DNA from: a virus
Direction: 5' to 3' (one strand)
DNA length: 64,000 nt
IMG/VR virus record: IMGVR_UViG_3300032047_002388
Location: 32,001-96,000 of that record
Shown here: in pieces, positions 35,527 through 52,823 of the stretch
Numbering within the stretch: the stretch's first letter is position 1
How the letters are laid out: each line of letters begins with the position of its first letter
Made by a program: the position numbers and the translations under genes
The notes under the pieces: model-generated
The model's input: only the letters and a program-made list of their open reading frames with translations
What the model was told of the DNA's origin: nothing
The model's database searches: none

Positions 35527-36802
35527 ATTTAGTGACAACAACGTACAAACATCTAAACAAAGAACACAATCCAAAAGTAGAAGTGATACTGGTATTGTAA
35601 TAGATGTAATTTTAGATGAAACTAATAAATCATTACCTAAGTTCAAAGAAGTAGGACAGGTAGATGGCATTGACGCATCAGATATACATACTGGTAAGAT
35701 AGGTGGGGTTAGAGTAAGAACATTATCTAATTCAGAAGTTCAAGACGAAGACCTTCCAATAGTATATCCACTTGACGCAACAATTAGAACTCTTCCAGTC
35801 TTGGGAGAAGAAGTTCAGATAATTAGAATGGCAGGTAAAAAGTTTTATCGTCAATTTAATATTGCAGGTACACCAAACGTATCAAACGAAGGTTTAGTTC
35901 TTTATAGAGAAACATTTGGTAGTTCAGATAAAAGTGGTGGTGGAGGTGGTTATGGTGATAATTCATCTACTGGTGTATCACAACCACAAGGAGGTAGTAC
36001 TAGTAATCAAGGAGATTATGGTGATTATTTTGAGGCAGATGCCAAGATACATAGATTAAAATTATTTGAAGGTGATACTATAATAGAATCTCGTTTTGGT
36101 CAATCACTAAGATTTAGTGGATACAACAACGATGATAATAAATTCTCACCAACAACTATTATACGAAACAGAGAATCAGACCCATCAAGAGAATCTCAAG
36201 GAGAGTTTTCATCACAAAAAATCGGTGGAACAACACTAGAAGATGTCAATAGAGATGGTTCTACAATAGTAATGGGTTCACGAGATTATCAACTACCCTT
36301 CATACCAGGTACTGTTGATGATAAAGGTACTTCTGATTTTGAAACAACACCTGATACATTTAAAGATTATCCTTCTGCAGATGATTTAACAGGTGACCAA
36401 ATTTTAATTAGTAGTGGAAGATTAATCTTTTCATCAAAAAATGCTGAAATGATTTTTTATTCTAAAGGTAACTATGGATTTATATCAGATAAAGGAATGT
36501 CAATTGATAATGCACTTGGAATTGATATTACAACTGGTGATAATATAAACATAGTAACCACCGATAATGATTTTAATTTATTCGCAGGTTCAGGTGAAAT
36601 ACACATTGGAGATGATTCTAATGAACAACTTGTAAGAGGAAATGAATTGGTAAAGTTATTAGATGAATTACTTACAGAATTAGCATCTGAAACACATCCA
36701 ACTCCTGCAGGCCCATCTGGTCCACCTGTAAATGCACCAAAATATAATTCTATAAAAAGTAAATTAAAAAATATATTATCACCTGCTAATTTCACAAACT
36801 AA
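35519..36802 (+). CDS. baseplate central spike (gp5/gpV-like)
   Basis: OB-fold-like LPVLGEEV, EGD.IIESRFGQSLRF, beta-helix-like C-half, tip HPTPAGPSGPP. Confidence 0.75.
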   Translation: MFKFSDNNVQTSKQRTQSKSRSDTGIVIDVILDETNKSLPKFKEVGQVDGIDASDIHTGKIGGVRVRTLSNSEVQDEDLPIVYPLDATIRTLPVLGEEVQIIRMAGKKFYRQFNIAGTPNVSNEGLVLYRETFGSSDKSGGGGGYGDNSSTGVSQPQGGSTSNQGDYGDYFEADAKIHRLKLFEGDTIIESRFGQSLRFSGYNNDDNKFSPTTIIRNRESDPSRESQGEFSSQKIGGTTLEDVNRDGSTIVMGSRDYQLPFIPGTVDDKGTSDFETTPDTFKDYPSADDLTGDQILISSGRLIFSSKNAEMIFYSKGNYGFISDKGMSIDNALGIDITTGDNINIVTTDNDFNLFAGSGEIHIGDDSNEQLVRGNELVKLLDELLTELASETHPTPAGPSGPPVNAPKYNSIKSKLKNILSPANFTN

Positions 36803-37359
36803 TGTCACTAAATCTATTTAAAAGTAATTTAATAAGATACATGAGTACTGAACCAGACTCAAGTGATGATTTTGCTGAATACTTAACATCACAATATGAT
36901 GGAGCAGTAAAACGAGGAACTGACCTTTTAAATGCAGTACCACTTCAGACGGGAAATACTGCAACAATGGAATTAATATTAAAAGGTTTCTTTAGAATGA
37001 ATAACTTTAAACAGAGTGGTACATTAAACATTCAAGATTGGGGCCCTGCGTTTAAGGCATATTGGTTAGGTGCACAAGGAGGATTATTTCCACCACCTGC
37101 TATTCCTGCAGATGGAACAATACAAAATATATCATCACAAGTTCACTTAATTATAAATCCAGGTCAATGGTCAACAAATATTCCAACACCACCAACTAAC
37201 TCAGTAAAATCATTCGTAGATGTATTAGCTTTGGCAATAGTTGCACACTTAATGACAGTAGAGGGAATTATTATAACAACATCATTGTATCCAACAGCAC
37301 CTACTCCTTTGCCAGGGCCAGGTGTTAGAACTTGGAAAGGATACCAAATTCCTGGATAA
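36802..37359 (+). CDS. putative baseplate-associated protein
   Basis: Pro-rich 185-aa ORF coupled to spike gene. Confidence 0.55.
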   Translation: MSLNLFKSNLIRYMSTEPDSSDDFAEYLTSQYDGAVKRGTDLLNAVPLQTGNTATMELILKGFFRMNNFKQSGTLNIQDWGPAFKAYWLGAQGGLFPPPAIPADGTIQNISSQVHLIINPGQWSTNIPTPPTNSVKSFVDVLALAIVAHLMTVEGIIITTSLYPTAPTPLPGPGVRTWKGYQIPG

Positions 37360-37380
37360 TATCCAAAAAATAAAGAATCA

Positions 37381-37389
37381 ATATTTATA
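37381..37389 (+). promoter_or_regulatory. putative late promoter ATATTTATA
   Basis: Intergenic, upstream of ATG 37427. Confidence 0.55.
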
Positions 37390-37426
37390 TAAAGAGAAAA
37401 CTTAGTTTAAACAAACTTAATTAATT

Positions 37427-37954
37427 ATGGAAGCGAAAAAATTAGCTAAATTGGTGAAGGTATTGGTAGAGGCAGAGGTTGCAAAACAACAAGAAAAGTT
37501 TTTGAGTAAAACCTTTCCCAAGATTCTTAAAGAAGAAATAAAAAGAATTCAAGAATCAAAACAACCAATAACAAATCAACAAGATGTTGACCCATTCTCC
37601 CTTGCAACAGCTGCATTGGAAGATGATAGACAACAAACAAATACTAAAACGTATTCCAACAATCCAGCGTTAAATGAGGCGTTACAAAATACTAAACCAT
37701 TTGAACAAATGGATAAAACAGTAGGATTCGGAGGACATAACGTTGCGATGGGAGGAGGTGTACCACCGAACCTGCAACATTCAATGGCAGCACAAATGGG
37801 GTATGGTAATATGAATATGGGTGGTGCATCTAAATCAACAGGTTTAGGAGTTCAGACAGGATTGGCTGGATTGGATAGAGTTTTAAACAGAGATAATAGT
37901 TCTTTGGTAAAAGCATTTGATAAAAAGAAAAATTGGAGACCTGGTCAGGAATAA
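37427..37954 (+). CDS. hypothetical protein in structural operon
   Basis: 175-aa ORF; NPALNEALQNT, LNRDNSSLVKA. Confidence 0.65.
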   Translation: MEAKKLAKLVKVLVEAEVAKQQEKFLSKTFPKILKEEIKRIQESKQPITNQQDVDPFSLATAALEDDRQQTNTKTYSNNPALNEALQNTKPFEQMDKTVGFGGHNVAMGGGVPPNLQHSMAAQMGYGNMNMGGASKSTGLGVQTGLAGLDRVLNRDNSSLVKAFDKKKNWRPGQE

Positions 37955-37957
37955 TAA

Positions 37958-38389
37958 ATGGCTTACGAGATTTCAAAGAAAGTAGTAATTGATACTGAAG
38001 AATTTAACGATTATGCAGTAGGATTATCTTTGCCAATTAAAAATGGTAATGGTGGTTTCTTTGAACAAAATTTCAATACATTTGACCAAGCAAAAAGTAA
38101 TTTAAGAAATCTATTGTTAACTAAAAAGGGAGAAAGATTTTTACAACCAGAGTTTGGTAGTGGATTACAAACTCTTTTATTTGAACCAATAGATGAAACA
38201 TTTGAAACACGAGTTTCTGATACAATTACTGAATCAGTTTCTCAATGGTTACCATATATAACAATTGACGATATATTTATAGATATATCTGATAGTAATA
38301 AAGACAGAAATAAAGTAGGTGTTGAAATTAAATTTAAAGTAGGGGAAACTTTAGATTTACAAACAGTAACATTTACGTTGGGTACATAA
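37958..38389 (+). CDS. baseplate wedge subunit gp25/GPW-like
   Basis: NLRNLLLTKKGER..QPEFGSGL..LLFEP. Confidence 0.92.
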   Translation: MAYEISKKVVIDTEEFNDYAVGLSLPIKNGNGGFFEQNFNTFDQAKSNLRNLLLTKKGERFLQPEFGSGLQTLLFEPIDETFETRVSDTITESVSQWLPYITIDDIFIDISDSNKDRNKVGVEIKFKVGETLDLQTVTFTLGT

Positions 38390-38390
38390 A

Positions 38391-40418
38391 ATGGCAATAA
38401 ATAATAATGTAAATTCGAACTTTAAGGATAAAGGTAAATCATTAAAATACCTTAACAAGGACTTTGGGTCTTTTAGACAAAATCTTATAGAATTTGCTAA
38501 AACTTATTTTCCAAAAACTCATGCAGATTTTAATGAATCATCACCAGGTATGATGTTCATTGAAATGGCATCGTATATTGGAGATGTTTTAGGATACTAT
38601 ATTGATGATACCTTAAAAGAATCCTTAATGCCGTATGCAGAGGATAAGAGAAACGTTTTATCACTTGCCAAGTACTTAGGATATAAAACAAAAGTAACTT
38701 CCCCAGCGGTTACCGAATTAACTATATATCAACTTGTACCATCAAAATATAAAGCTGGTTCTGCAAATGATTATGAACCAGATACAAAATTTTATCTTAG
38801 AGTTCAACAAGGTATGGTTGCAACATCGGTAGATGGAATACAATTTGTAACTCAAGAGTTATTAGATTTCAACGAATCTGCTAATAGAGAAATTACAGTA
38901 TATTCAAGAAATACTAGTACTAATGACCCAGAGTTCTATTTGGTTAAGAAAAAAGTAAAAGCAATGTCTGCAACTCTAAAAGAAATTGATATTGACTTCG
39001 GCCCTCGTGCAGATTTTGCCAAAATAGATTTAAAAGATACAAATGTAATATCAATATATGATGTTAGAGATGCAAACGCAAACAAATATTATGAAGTACC
39101 TTATCTTGGACAAGAACTTGTTTATATAGATTATCCAAATACAGCAGCAAACGAACCTGATTTATTTCAGTTTAGAGAAGATGTACCATCAATATTAAAA
39201 ACATTAAGAACACCAAGAAGATTTACAACAGTAGTTAATGAAGATTTTACAACTACAATTCAATTTGGTTCTGGTGATTCTAACGTTAGTGATGAGTTGA
39301 TAGTACCAAACTTTGATAATATAGGATTAGGGTTAACTAATTCAAATAATAGATTATCTGAATACTATGACCCTGCAAACTTCTTAAAAACAAAATCATA
39401 TGGACAATCACCAACCAACACAACAGTTACAGTTAAGTACTTTGTAGGTGGTGGAATTCAATCAAATGTTAAGAAAGGTGATGTAAAACAAATAACAGAT
39501 ATTCAGTATGATACTGATATCGCATCATTCACCGATGCAGAAAAACAATTATATAGTACTGTAATTAACTCAGTTGCTTGTGAAAACGAAATTCCAGCAA
39601 CAGGAGGTAGAGGTGCAGAAACTATAAAAGAAATAAAAGAAAACGCATTGGCTTACTTTGGAGCTCAGAACAGAGCCGTAACTGCTCAAGATTATGTAGT
39701 TAGATGTTTGGCAATGCCGGCAAAGTTTGGTTCTGTTGCAAAGGCGTTTGTTATACAAGATAACAAATTAGATGCCAACTCACCAGCTTCAGTTATTGCA
39801 GCACCAGAATCACAAAAAGAATTTGTAGATTTGGTTGATAAAAACAGAACCTTACAACGAAGTGAGATAAAAAGAAATGTTGATTTATTCTTAGCAGGTA
39901 AGAAGAACAGAGCAAATGATAAATCAAATCCATTTAGTATTAACATCTATACTCTTGGATATAACTCAAGTAAAAACTTAACAATCCTAAACTCTGCAGT
40001 TAAAGAGAACTTAAAAAGATATCTAAACAATTATAAGATGATTACAGATGGTATTAATATCATTGATGGGTATGTTATCAATTTTGCGATAGAGTTCGAT
40101 GTAACTGCTCTGACGGGGTACAACAGAAGAGAAGTTCTTACTAATTGTAACCTTGCATTACAAGATTACTTTAATATTGATAATTGGACATTCAACGATA
40201 CAATCAACATAAATGAAGTAGAATTAATTCTTGCAAACATAGAAGGAGTTGTTTCTGTTTCAAAATTAGAATTTAAAAATAAATGTGGAGGAAACTATTC
40301 TGCACGTTCATATAACTTTGAAGAGGCAACAAGGAGCAACATCATATATCCTTCGTTAGACCCATCAGTATTTGAACTGAAGTATCCAAACCAAGATATA
40401 AAAGGGAGAATCATATAA
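38391..40418 (+). CDS. baseplate wedge subunit (T4 gp6 / baseplate J-like)
   Basis: KDF...RQNL, DFNESSPG, LAKYLGY, IQFGSG, ATGG..AET, QNRAVT..DY. Confidence 0.9.
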   Translation: MAINNNVNSNFKDKGKSLKYLNKDFGSFRQNLIEFAKTYFPKTHADFNESSPGMMFIEMASYIGDVLGYYIDDTLKESLMPYAEDKRNVLSLAKYLGYKTKVTSPAVTELTIYQLVPSKYKAGSANDYEPDTKFYLRVQQGMVATSVDGIQFVTQELLDFNESANREITVYSRNTSTNDPEFYLVKKKVKAMSATLKEIDIDFGPRADFAKIDLKDTNVISIYDVRDANANKYYEVPYLGQELVYIDYPNTAANEPDLFQFREDVPSILKTLRTPRRFTTVVNEDFTTTIQFGSGDSNVSDELIVPNFDNIGLGLTNSNNRLSEYYDPANFLKTKSYGQSPTNTTVTVKYFVGGGIQSNVKKGDVKQITDIQYDTDIASFTDAEKQLYSTVINSVACENEIPATGGRGAETIKEIKENALAYFGAQNRAVTAQDYVVRCLAMPAKFGSVAKAFVIQDNKLDANSPASVIAAPESQKEFVDLVDKNRTLQRSEIKRNVDLFLAGKKNRANDKSNPFSINIYTLGYNSSKNLTILNSAVKENLKRYLNNYKMITDGINIIDGYVINFAIEFDVTALTGYNRREVLTNCNLALQDYFNIDNWTFNDTININEVELILANIEGVVSVSKLEFKNKCGGNYSARSYNFEEATRSNIIYPSLDPSVFELKYPNQDIKGRII

Positions 40419-41476
40419 TGTATTATTTCGTTACATCATCGAAGGACGCGAGTTTATATTTACAACAACCAACTCAAAATACAGGTTTGGATGAAGTACT
40501 TGAAGTGTCCAAAGTATATTATGGTTCTTTAAAAGATACAGCACGTTCATTGATTAAATTTGATATTAATGGATTATCATCATCACTTGCAAGTGGTGCA
40601 GTAACAATGAGTTCTGCAGAACTTATTCTTAGAGAATGTGAATCAACCGAGATTCCTCTTGAATATACAATTGAGGCATATCCAGTTTCACAATCTTGGG
40701 AAATGGGTATAGGTACTAGGTTTGATGATATTACAACTGATGGTGTAACATGGAATCAGAGAACAGATGGTAGTGATTGGTTAGTAGGTGATATGAGTCC
40801 AGAATCAAGTGGTTCTTACAATGGTAAGGGAGGTACTTGGTTTACTGGTTCTGCTGCAACTCAATCTTTTGCATATGAATCTAGTGATATTAATATGGAT
40901 GTTCTTTCTGCAGTAGATTCATGGATTAGTGGTTCTCTAACAAACGAAGGGTTTATTCTTAAACATACAAGTGCATTTGAGAATGATAATAATGATTATG
41001 GCCAACTTAAGTTCTTTAGTAAAGAAACTCATACGATTCATCAACCAAAAATAAAAATAGGTTGGGATGATTCAGTATTCGAAACAGGTTCATTATCAGC
41101 ATTAACTCTTACAGAAGATATTAAGTTAAATACAAAACGATTAAAAAAATCATACAAAGTAGGTACAACTCCAAAAATTGAAGTTCATGGTAGGGAATTA
41201 TATCCTGCTAGAACTTTCTCAAATACTTTTGCATACAACGATGTAAATTATTTACCAACTTCATCATATTATCAAATATCTGATTTAAACAGTAACGATA
41301 TTATAATTCCATTTGGTGATTATTCAAAACTATCATGTGATGCAAATGGTAATTATTTTAAAATAAATCTTACAAACTTTGAAATTAACAGAGAATATAA
41401 AGTTGAATTTAAAGTTGAAAGAAGTGGTACTGTTGAATATTTTGATGATGATATAACATTTGAAGTGGTTAAATAA
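40418..41476 (+). CDS. virion structural protein (DNRLRE-like beta-sandwich)
   Basis: KDASLY..Q...NTG.DE.LE, RSLIKFD, SW..G.G, N.GFILK, FFSKE. Confidence 0.6.
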   Translation: MYYFVTSSKDASLYLQQPTQNTGLDEVLEVSKVYYGSLKDTARSLIKFDINGLSSSLASGAVTMSSAELILRECESTEIPLEYTIEAYPVSQSWEMGIGTRFDDITTDGVTWNQRTDGSDWLVGDMSPESSGSYNGKGGTWFTGSAATQSFAYESSDINMDVLSAVDSWISGSLTNEGFILKHTSAFENDNNDYGQLKFFSKETHTIHQPKIKIGWDDSVFETGSLSALTLTEDIKLNTKRLKKSYKVGTTPKIEVHGRELYPARTFSNTFAYNDVNYLPTSSYYQISDLNSNDIIIPFGDYSKLSCDANGNYFKINLTNFEINREYKVEFKVERSGTVEYFDDDITFEVVK

Positions 41477-42621
41477 TGGCATTAGGAGATAAAGAAAGAG
41501 CACAAGAATTAATCGAAAAGAATAGTTCGGAAACTGTCAAGTATTACGAAGAGAATACTAGACAAATCCATCTTGCAGCAAATAAGAAGGATGGAGAATC
41601 TGTTGCCTTTCTCGAAGTACCCAAGTATATACCAGAAGAGATTGAAAAAGCAATTGATATTGGTGTTGATGAACTTGTAAGAAATAGAAAAGATTTACCG
41701 GCAGTTGTTCTAAAATCAGTATATGATGAAGTAGTTGCAGATTTAGCAACTGCAAATGCAAGAATTACAGAACTAGAAACAAACGTTCAAGATTTAACTT
41801 CTCAGTTAATAGCAATGACTGCAGATAGAGATACACAATTAGAACAAAGAATTGCTGCAGAAACAGCATTGGCAGAACTAGAAAACTTATATATCGCATT
41901 ATCAGACCAATTTAGAGAAACTGTATTAGAACTTCAAAAAGCAATTGAACGTTCAACTCAAGAGGCAGTTGAAAGAGTATCACTTGAAGCAAGATTTGAA
42001 GCACTACGAGCTCGATTAGAAGCATCTCTATTAGCGATTGAGGCACAACAAGCTCAAATAGAAGCTGAGATAGAAACTAACTACTTGAACTCATCACTAC
42101 AACAAGAAAAAAATAATTTTGCATATAAGATTCCTGCACTGAATATTACAAATCCTCAAAAAGGTGGATTGTTTATCAATTGGGATTATGGTAACTATAA
42201 AAAGGTTAATGGTGGAGAGTTGGTATTCTATAACTTTACTGAACAACCAATGACAGTTAGTGTAAGTAAAGTACACCCACAAGGACATAGCGGACAACCT
42301 GGTACAATATCTTTACCGAGTTCATTCTCAATCCCTGCGGGTATTGGGTACAATGAAGATTTAGGAAAAACAGCAACACCTGGTGCCACATCAATCAATT
42401 GTGGATTTAAAAGACCTGGTGGATGGAAAGAAGATAATACAACTGGTTGGAGAAGATACCCAACTTTAGATATAACGTTTACAAATAACAAGGGTGATTC
42501 ATTAGAATTATTCTACTCATACTCAAGAGATTACAAGGTTAAGGCTTATGCACAAGATAATCCAGGTCCAAGAGTACATACAGTAGAAGAGGGAGTTGAT
42601 GTATCAGCAACAGGTAATTAA
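41476..42621 (+). CDS. coiled-coil structural protein
   Basis: Long heptad region in the N-terminal half, beta-rich C-terminus. Confidence 0.65.
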   Translation: MALGDKERAQELIEKNSSETVKYYEENTRQIHLAANKKDGESVAFLEVPKYIPEEIEKAIDIGVDELVRNRKDLPAVVLKSVYDEVVADLATANARITELETNVQDLTSQLIAMTADRDTQLEQRIAAETALAELENLYIALSDQFRETVLELQKAIERSTQEAVERVSLEARFEALRARLEASLLAIEAQQAQIEAEIETNYLNSSLQQEKNNFAYKIPALNITNPQKGGLFINWDYGNYKKVNGGELVFYNFTEQPMTVSVSKVHPQGHSGQPGTISLPSSFSIPAGIGYNEDLGKTATPGATSINCGFKRPGGWKEDNTTGWRRYPTLDITFTNNKGDSLELFYSYSRDYKVKAYAQDNPGPRVHTVEEGVDVSATGN

Positions 42622-42623
42622 TA

Positions 42624-43982
42624 ATGGCAGTAGAAGATTTTAAAAATATAGATAAACGCACGGCGTTTAGAGTGTTAGATAAAGATAGAGCTATTATCGA
42701 AAGAGGTAAGAAGCTTTCTAGGTTTGGCTCTGGTAAAGAAGATTTTTTAGAGTTTACACTTTATGATGCATCTGATAACCAATTACCACAAGGAGATAGT
42801 GGTGAATTAACACGTCATATATCTTTGAATCAATTAAACATAACTGAATACTTTCTAGTAAAAGATTCAGGTGATGATATCGTAGAATATTTTGTAGATG
42901 TAGAAAAATTAATTAGAGAAGCTGGATATAATCAAGGATTATTTAAAACACAATTTCAATTACTAAATAATAGAGTAGGTAGATATAATACTGAAAAACT
43001 ATATATCCATGAAATTGCACCATCACGAACTGAGGTTAGATTAGTACCAGTTACAAATCCAGATGGTACAGTTGATGAGGATTTATTTAAAAGATATGAT
43101 GGATTTACATCAGGTAAAACATTTAGAGATGATGTAGTTTATTATATAGATGAATTTTTAGATAGTATAAAGTTCAATGATGTAATTGAAAAAATGATAA
43201 GTAGATTTGGTAGAGCATATGTAGACCAAATAAAAAAAGAATTTAATGTACAAAACTTTGAACAACTTATACAAAATGTAACTCTAAAGGTTAGAGAGGC
43301 AGTAAGGTATTATGTGGATGGTAAAGATTACAATCCAAAATCAATAAATTATGGGAAACCACTTCCTGCAGACCAAGTTGATGATGTGTTTTTAGATATT
43401 AATGATATCTTAAAAAATATCCTAAGAATAACTTGTGATATTGTTGATATGTTATTACCTAAGAGAAATGTACAAGATGATAACTTTGTAACTACAGCGT
43501 TTGACCCATCGGTTGATGTAAGAGAATTTATAACAGAACTTACAAATGACACCACATATGAACCAGTAGTTACTGAAGAAGATAATACAGTTGATGATTA
43601 TACAGAAGAAGAAACTGAAGAGGAAGAGGATGAGATTGTAGATGCACCATCTAGTTTAAAGGTGACACCTGTACAAATGACTGTTGGTATTGAAGGAGGA
43701 CGGAAACAATTTAATGTTGAATCAACATCACCAGTTACAATAAGAATAGACCTATTAGATGAAGGTGGATATTATGGTAGTGCTTGGGCTAAATCACTAG
43801 TAACAAGTTTACCAGCTGGTAGTACATTATTCCCAATAAAGTTTAATGGACAACCTTCACCTAGAATAGATGATGGGCCACCACCACCACCACCACGAGG
43901 TGGAGGAGGAGGAGGCGGAAGTAGACCTTTACCTGAAGAAGAAAGATTTAGATTACCAAAACAGTTCGAACAATTAAGGTAG
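42624..43982 (+). CDS. structural protein ending in partial BACON-like domain and P6/G6 tract
   Basis: IHEIAPSRTEVRL; C-term LKVTP..MTV...GG...FNVES...W. Confidence 0.65.
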   Translation: MAVEDFKNIDKRTAFRVLDKDRAIIERGKKLSRFGSGKEDFLEFTLYDASDNQLPQGDSGELTRHISLNQLNITEYFLVKDSGDDIVEYFVDVEKLIREAGYNQGLFKTQFQLLNNRVGRYNTEKLYIHEIAPSRTEVRLVPVTNPDGTVDEDLFKRYDGFTSGKTFRDDVVYYIDEFLDSIKFNDVIEKMISRFGRAYVDQIKKEFNVQNFEQLIQNVTLKVREAVRYYVDGKDYNPKSINYGKPLPADQVDDVFLDINDILKNILRITCDIVDMLLPKRNVQDDNFVTTAFDPSVDVREFITELTNDTTYEPVVTEEDNTVDDYTEEETEEEEDEIVDAPSSLKVTPVQMTVGIEGGRKQFNVESTSPVTIRIDLLDEGGYYGSAWAKSLVTSLPAGSTLFPIKFNGQPSPRIDDGPPPPPPRGGGGGGGSRPLPEEERFRLPKQFEQLR

Positions 43983-43986
43983 TGAG

Positions 43987-43995
43987 ATATTTATA
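43987..43995 (+). promoter_or_regulatory. putative late promoter ATATTTATA
   Basis: 6 nt before ATG 44002. Confidence 0.55.
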
Positions 43996-44001
43996 TAAGA
44001 G

Positions 44002-44358
44002 ATGATTGCACCAACTAACATAATAAAAAATTTTAGAAGAGTAAAGATAACATTTACGAATCAAGAGGGGGATACCAAATCTATCGTGGTTAAACAAACA
44101 CTTACACCACAACTAGATGATATTAGAATAGATGATACTCCACCTGACCCAATTGATTTAGGTCCAATTGATTTTGATGATATCGTAATAAAACCATTTG
44201 ACTTAGGTGATTTGGATTTTAATTTCGATTTTGATTTCGATTTCGGGCCTATTGATTTAGGATTTAACAATGTACTTGGTGATATAGGATATACAGGCAC
44301 AGGTCTTAAACTACCAGGTTCTGCAAGAGGAAGTAGTAACAGATGGGGTACATATTAG
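44002..44358 (+). CDS. 118-aa protein: BACON-like C-terminal strands plus Asp/Phe low-complexity repeats
   Basis: RRVKITFTNQEGDTKSIVVKQ then PIDLG/PIDFD/PFDLG/DFNFDFDFDF. Confidence 0.55.
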   Translation: MIAPTNIIKNFRRVKITFTNQEGDTKSIVVKQTLTPQLDDIRIDDTPPDPIDLGPIDFDDIVIKPFDLGDLDFNFDFDFDFGPIDLGFNNVLGDIGYTGTGLKLPGSARGSSNRWGTY

Positions 44359-44370
44359 TAGGAAGTAAGG

Positions 44371-50853
<6,483 letters not shown>

Positions 50854-50874
50854 TATTTAAAATTAAAAAATGTT

Positions 50875-50883
50875 ATATTTATA
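50875..50883 (+). promoter_or_regulatory. putative late promoter ATATTTATA
   Basis: Intergenic, upstream of ATG 50912. Confidence 0.55.
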
Positions 50884-50911
50884 TACTGAAAGGTAAAAGG
50901 AAAAACAAACT

Positions 50912-51535
50912 ATGGCTTACTTAGACAATACTTCGATAACAGTAGATGCAATCCTAACAAAGAAAGGTAGAGAGAAATTAGCTGCCGGACAAGGATTGAA
51001 CATTACACAATTTGCGTTGGCCGATGACGAGATTGATTATGGTTTATACGAACCAGCTCATCCAAAAGGCTCAGCGTTTTATGATTCAGCAATTAAAGCA
51101 ATACCAGTACTTGAAGCTTCACCAGATGAAACTCAAGTAATGAGATATAAATTGGTAACACTACCAAAGAATACAACTCGTATTCCAAAAGTTTCTTTTG
51201 GTGTACCTAACATTTCTGTTAGTCAAGATGAGGGAGAAGTTGCATTAACACCAACTACTTCACCAAGTGGTAACACAACTGCAGGTTATACTGTTGTATT
51301 GGCAAACAAAGAAGCTGGAAGTATTATCGGAAGTGGTACAACAACTTCTGCTGGAACTTCACCAATCTTCTTAGGAGATGAAGTAACAACAACAGCAGCC
51401 GTAGTTACGGGTAGAGTATTTAAGTTTATACCAAACCCTAATTTAACATCAACTATTCAAACTACTATTACTGTTTATGGTAATGAGACCGGAGGGTCAC
51501 AAACAATACCAGTCACAGTAAAATATGTAGCATAA
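50912..51535 (+). CDS. virion structural protein (tail-fibre-collar N-terminal-like motif)
   Basis: DAILTKKGREKLA...ITQFALADDEIDY. Confidence 0.7.
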   Translation: MAYLDNTSITVDAILTKKGREKLAAGQGLNITQFALADDEIDYGLYEPAHPKGSAFYDSAIKAIPVLEASPDETQVMRYKLVTLPKNTTRIPKVSFGVPNISVSQDEGEVALTPTTSPSGNTTAGYTVVLANKEAGSIIGSGTTTSAGTSPIFLGDEVTTTAAVVTGRVFKFIPNPNLTSTIQTTITVYGNETGGSQTIPVTVKYVA

Positions 51536-51552
51536 AAGGAAAAATATAAGAT

Positions 51553-52746
51553 ATGGCCACAGTAACAGGACAAGACGGAAGAAATCTAACATCAGCAATT
51601 CAAAATTATTTGAATCAGACTGGTGGTGCAGTTGCATCTGAACAGTTAGTTAACATTTTAAATCAATACCTACAAGGTGGTGATAAAATCTCAACCGCAG
51701 GTGGGAACATCAACAATGGTATCTTCAAGAAATTTGGAGAGTTCGATACAGTATCGGGTAAGATAGAAGTAGTAACAACTGGTCTTTGGACTGGCGATAC
51801 TGGTTCGTTAACATCTTTCTTTACTGCATCTAATCAAACAACTGCTGCAAGTGGTGATTATTACTACAACGTATATAATTCAGCTGCCACTTCATCTAAT
51901 CAGTTTGCTGTAGCATATGGACACGTTAGTGGTAGTGGTTCTATTTCCTTGGCCAATAGTGATGACGCAACCTTTCCTTCAAAAGCTACTTACAACCAAT
52001 ATAGAAGTGTACTACTTGACCAAACAGATACTTTATTTACAGTATTAGGTTCTGATGGTACAGATTCAGTAGATATTCCAGATATCTATGTAATCAATGT
52101 TGCAAGAGCAAGATATAAAGAATCTATGGATGCTGGTAACTGGTCATTGAAACTTAGTGGTTCACATGCACCATTCGTTACAACACTTATAGATAATAGT
52201 GGAAAGAAATTTTCGGATAAAGTTGGAAAAGCCGGTAGAGTATTTGATGTAGTAAGTGGTTCTCTTAACTTAGGAACTGATGTAGCTGCAACAGTACATT
52301 CTACAACTGCTTCAAATGGACAAGGATTTGGTAAATTTTATCCAGACCAAGGGTTAATTATTCTTAACCCAACTGCAGTATCTGCTTCAATTGGTGTTGA
52401 ACCAAACTTGGCAGTAAATGCTGAATATGAAAATCATGGACAATTATATAACGCAATCGTTAGTGGAGGAGATTTCGAAGCAAGAAGAACAGAAAACGTT
52501 TCTACCTCACATTACTTCGTAAGAGCAACTAACAGAGAGTTTAACTACTCTAATAACCCAACATTCATAAGTGGTTCAGATAGTTCAATTAAATACGAGG
52601 CATTCAAGAAAGACCCTAAAGTATTTATTACTTCAGTAGGTTTATATAACGATGCATCTGAATTACTTGCAATTGCAAAAACATCAAAGCCGATTGCTAA
52701 ATCATTCGACAAAGAAGTTCTAATCAAAGTAAAACTTGATTTCTAA
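51553..52746 (+). CDS. virion structural protein
   Basis: EFNYSNNPT, ITSVGLYNDASELLAIAK.SKPI.K...IKVKLDF. Confidence 0.7.
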   Translation: MATVTGQDGRNLTSAIQNYLNQTGGAVASEQLVNILNQYLQGGDKISTAGGNINNGIFKKFGEFDTVSGKIEVVTTGLWTGDTGSLTSFFTASNQTTAASGDYYYNVYNSAATSSNQFAVAYGHVSGSGSISLANSDDATFPSKATYNQYRSVLLDQTDTLFTVLGSDGTDSVDIPDIYVINVARARYKESMDAGNWSLKLSGSHAPFVTTLIDNSGKKFSDKVGKAGRVFDVVSGSLNLGTDVAATVHSTTASNGQGFGKFYPDQGLIILNPTAVSASIGVEPNLAVNAEYENHGQLYNAIVSGGDFEARRTENVSTSHYFVRATNREFNYSNNPTFISGSDSSIKYEAFKKDPKVFITSVGLYNDASELLAIAKTSKPIAKSFDKEVLIKVKLDF

Positions 52747-52766
52747 AAGTAACTTCTCAAACTACT

Positions 52767-52791
52767 AACCCCACCACGAGTGGGGTTTTTT
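52767..52791 (+). terminator. intrinsic terminator
   Basis: AACCCCAC-CACGA-GTGGGGTT-TTTT. Confidence 0.85.
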
Positions 52792-52799
52792 ATTTCTAC

Positions 52800-52808
52800 A
52801 TATTTATA
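52800..52808 (+). promoter_or_regulatory. putative late promoter ATATTTATA
   Basis: Directly after terminator, before ATG 52824. Confidence 0.6.
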
Positions 52809-52823
52809 TAGAGGGATAACTAT

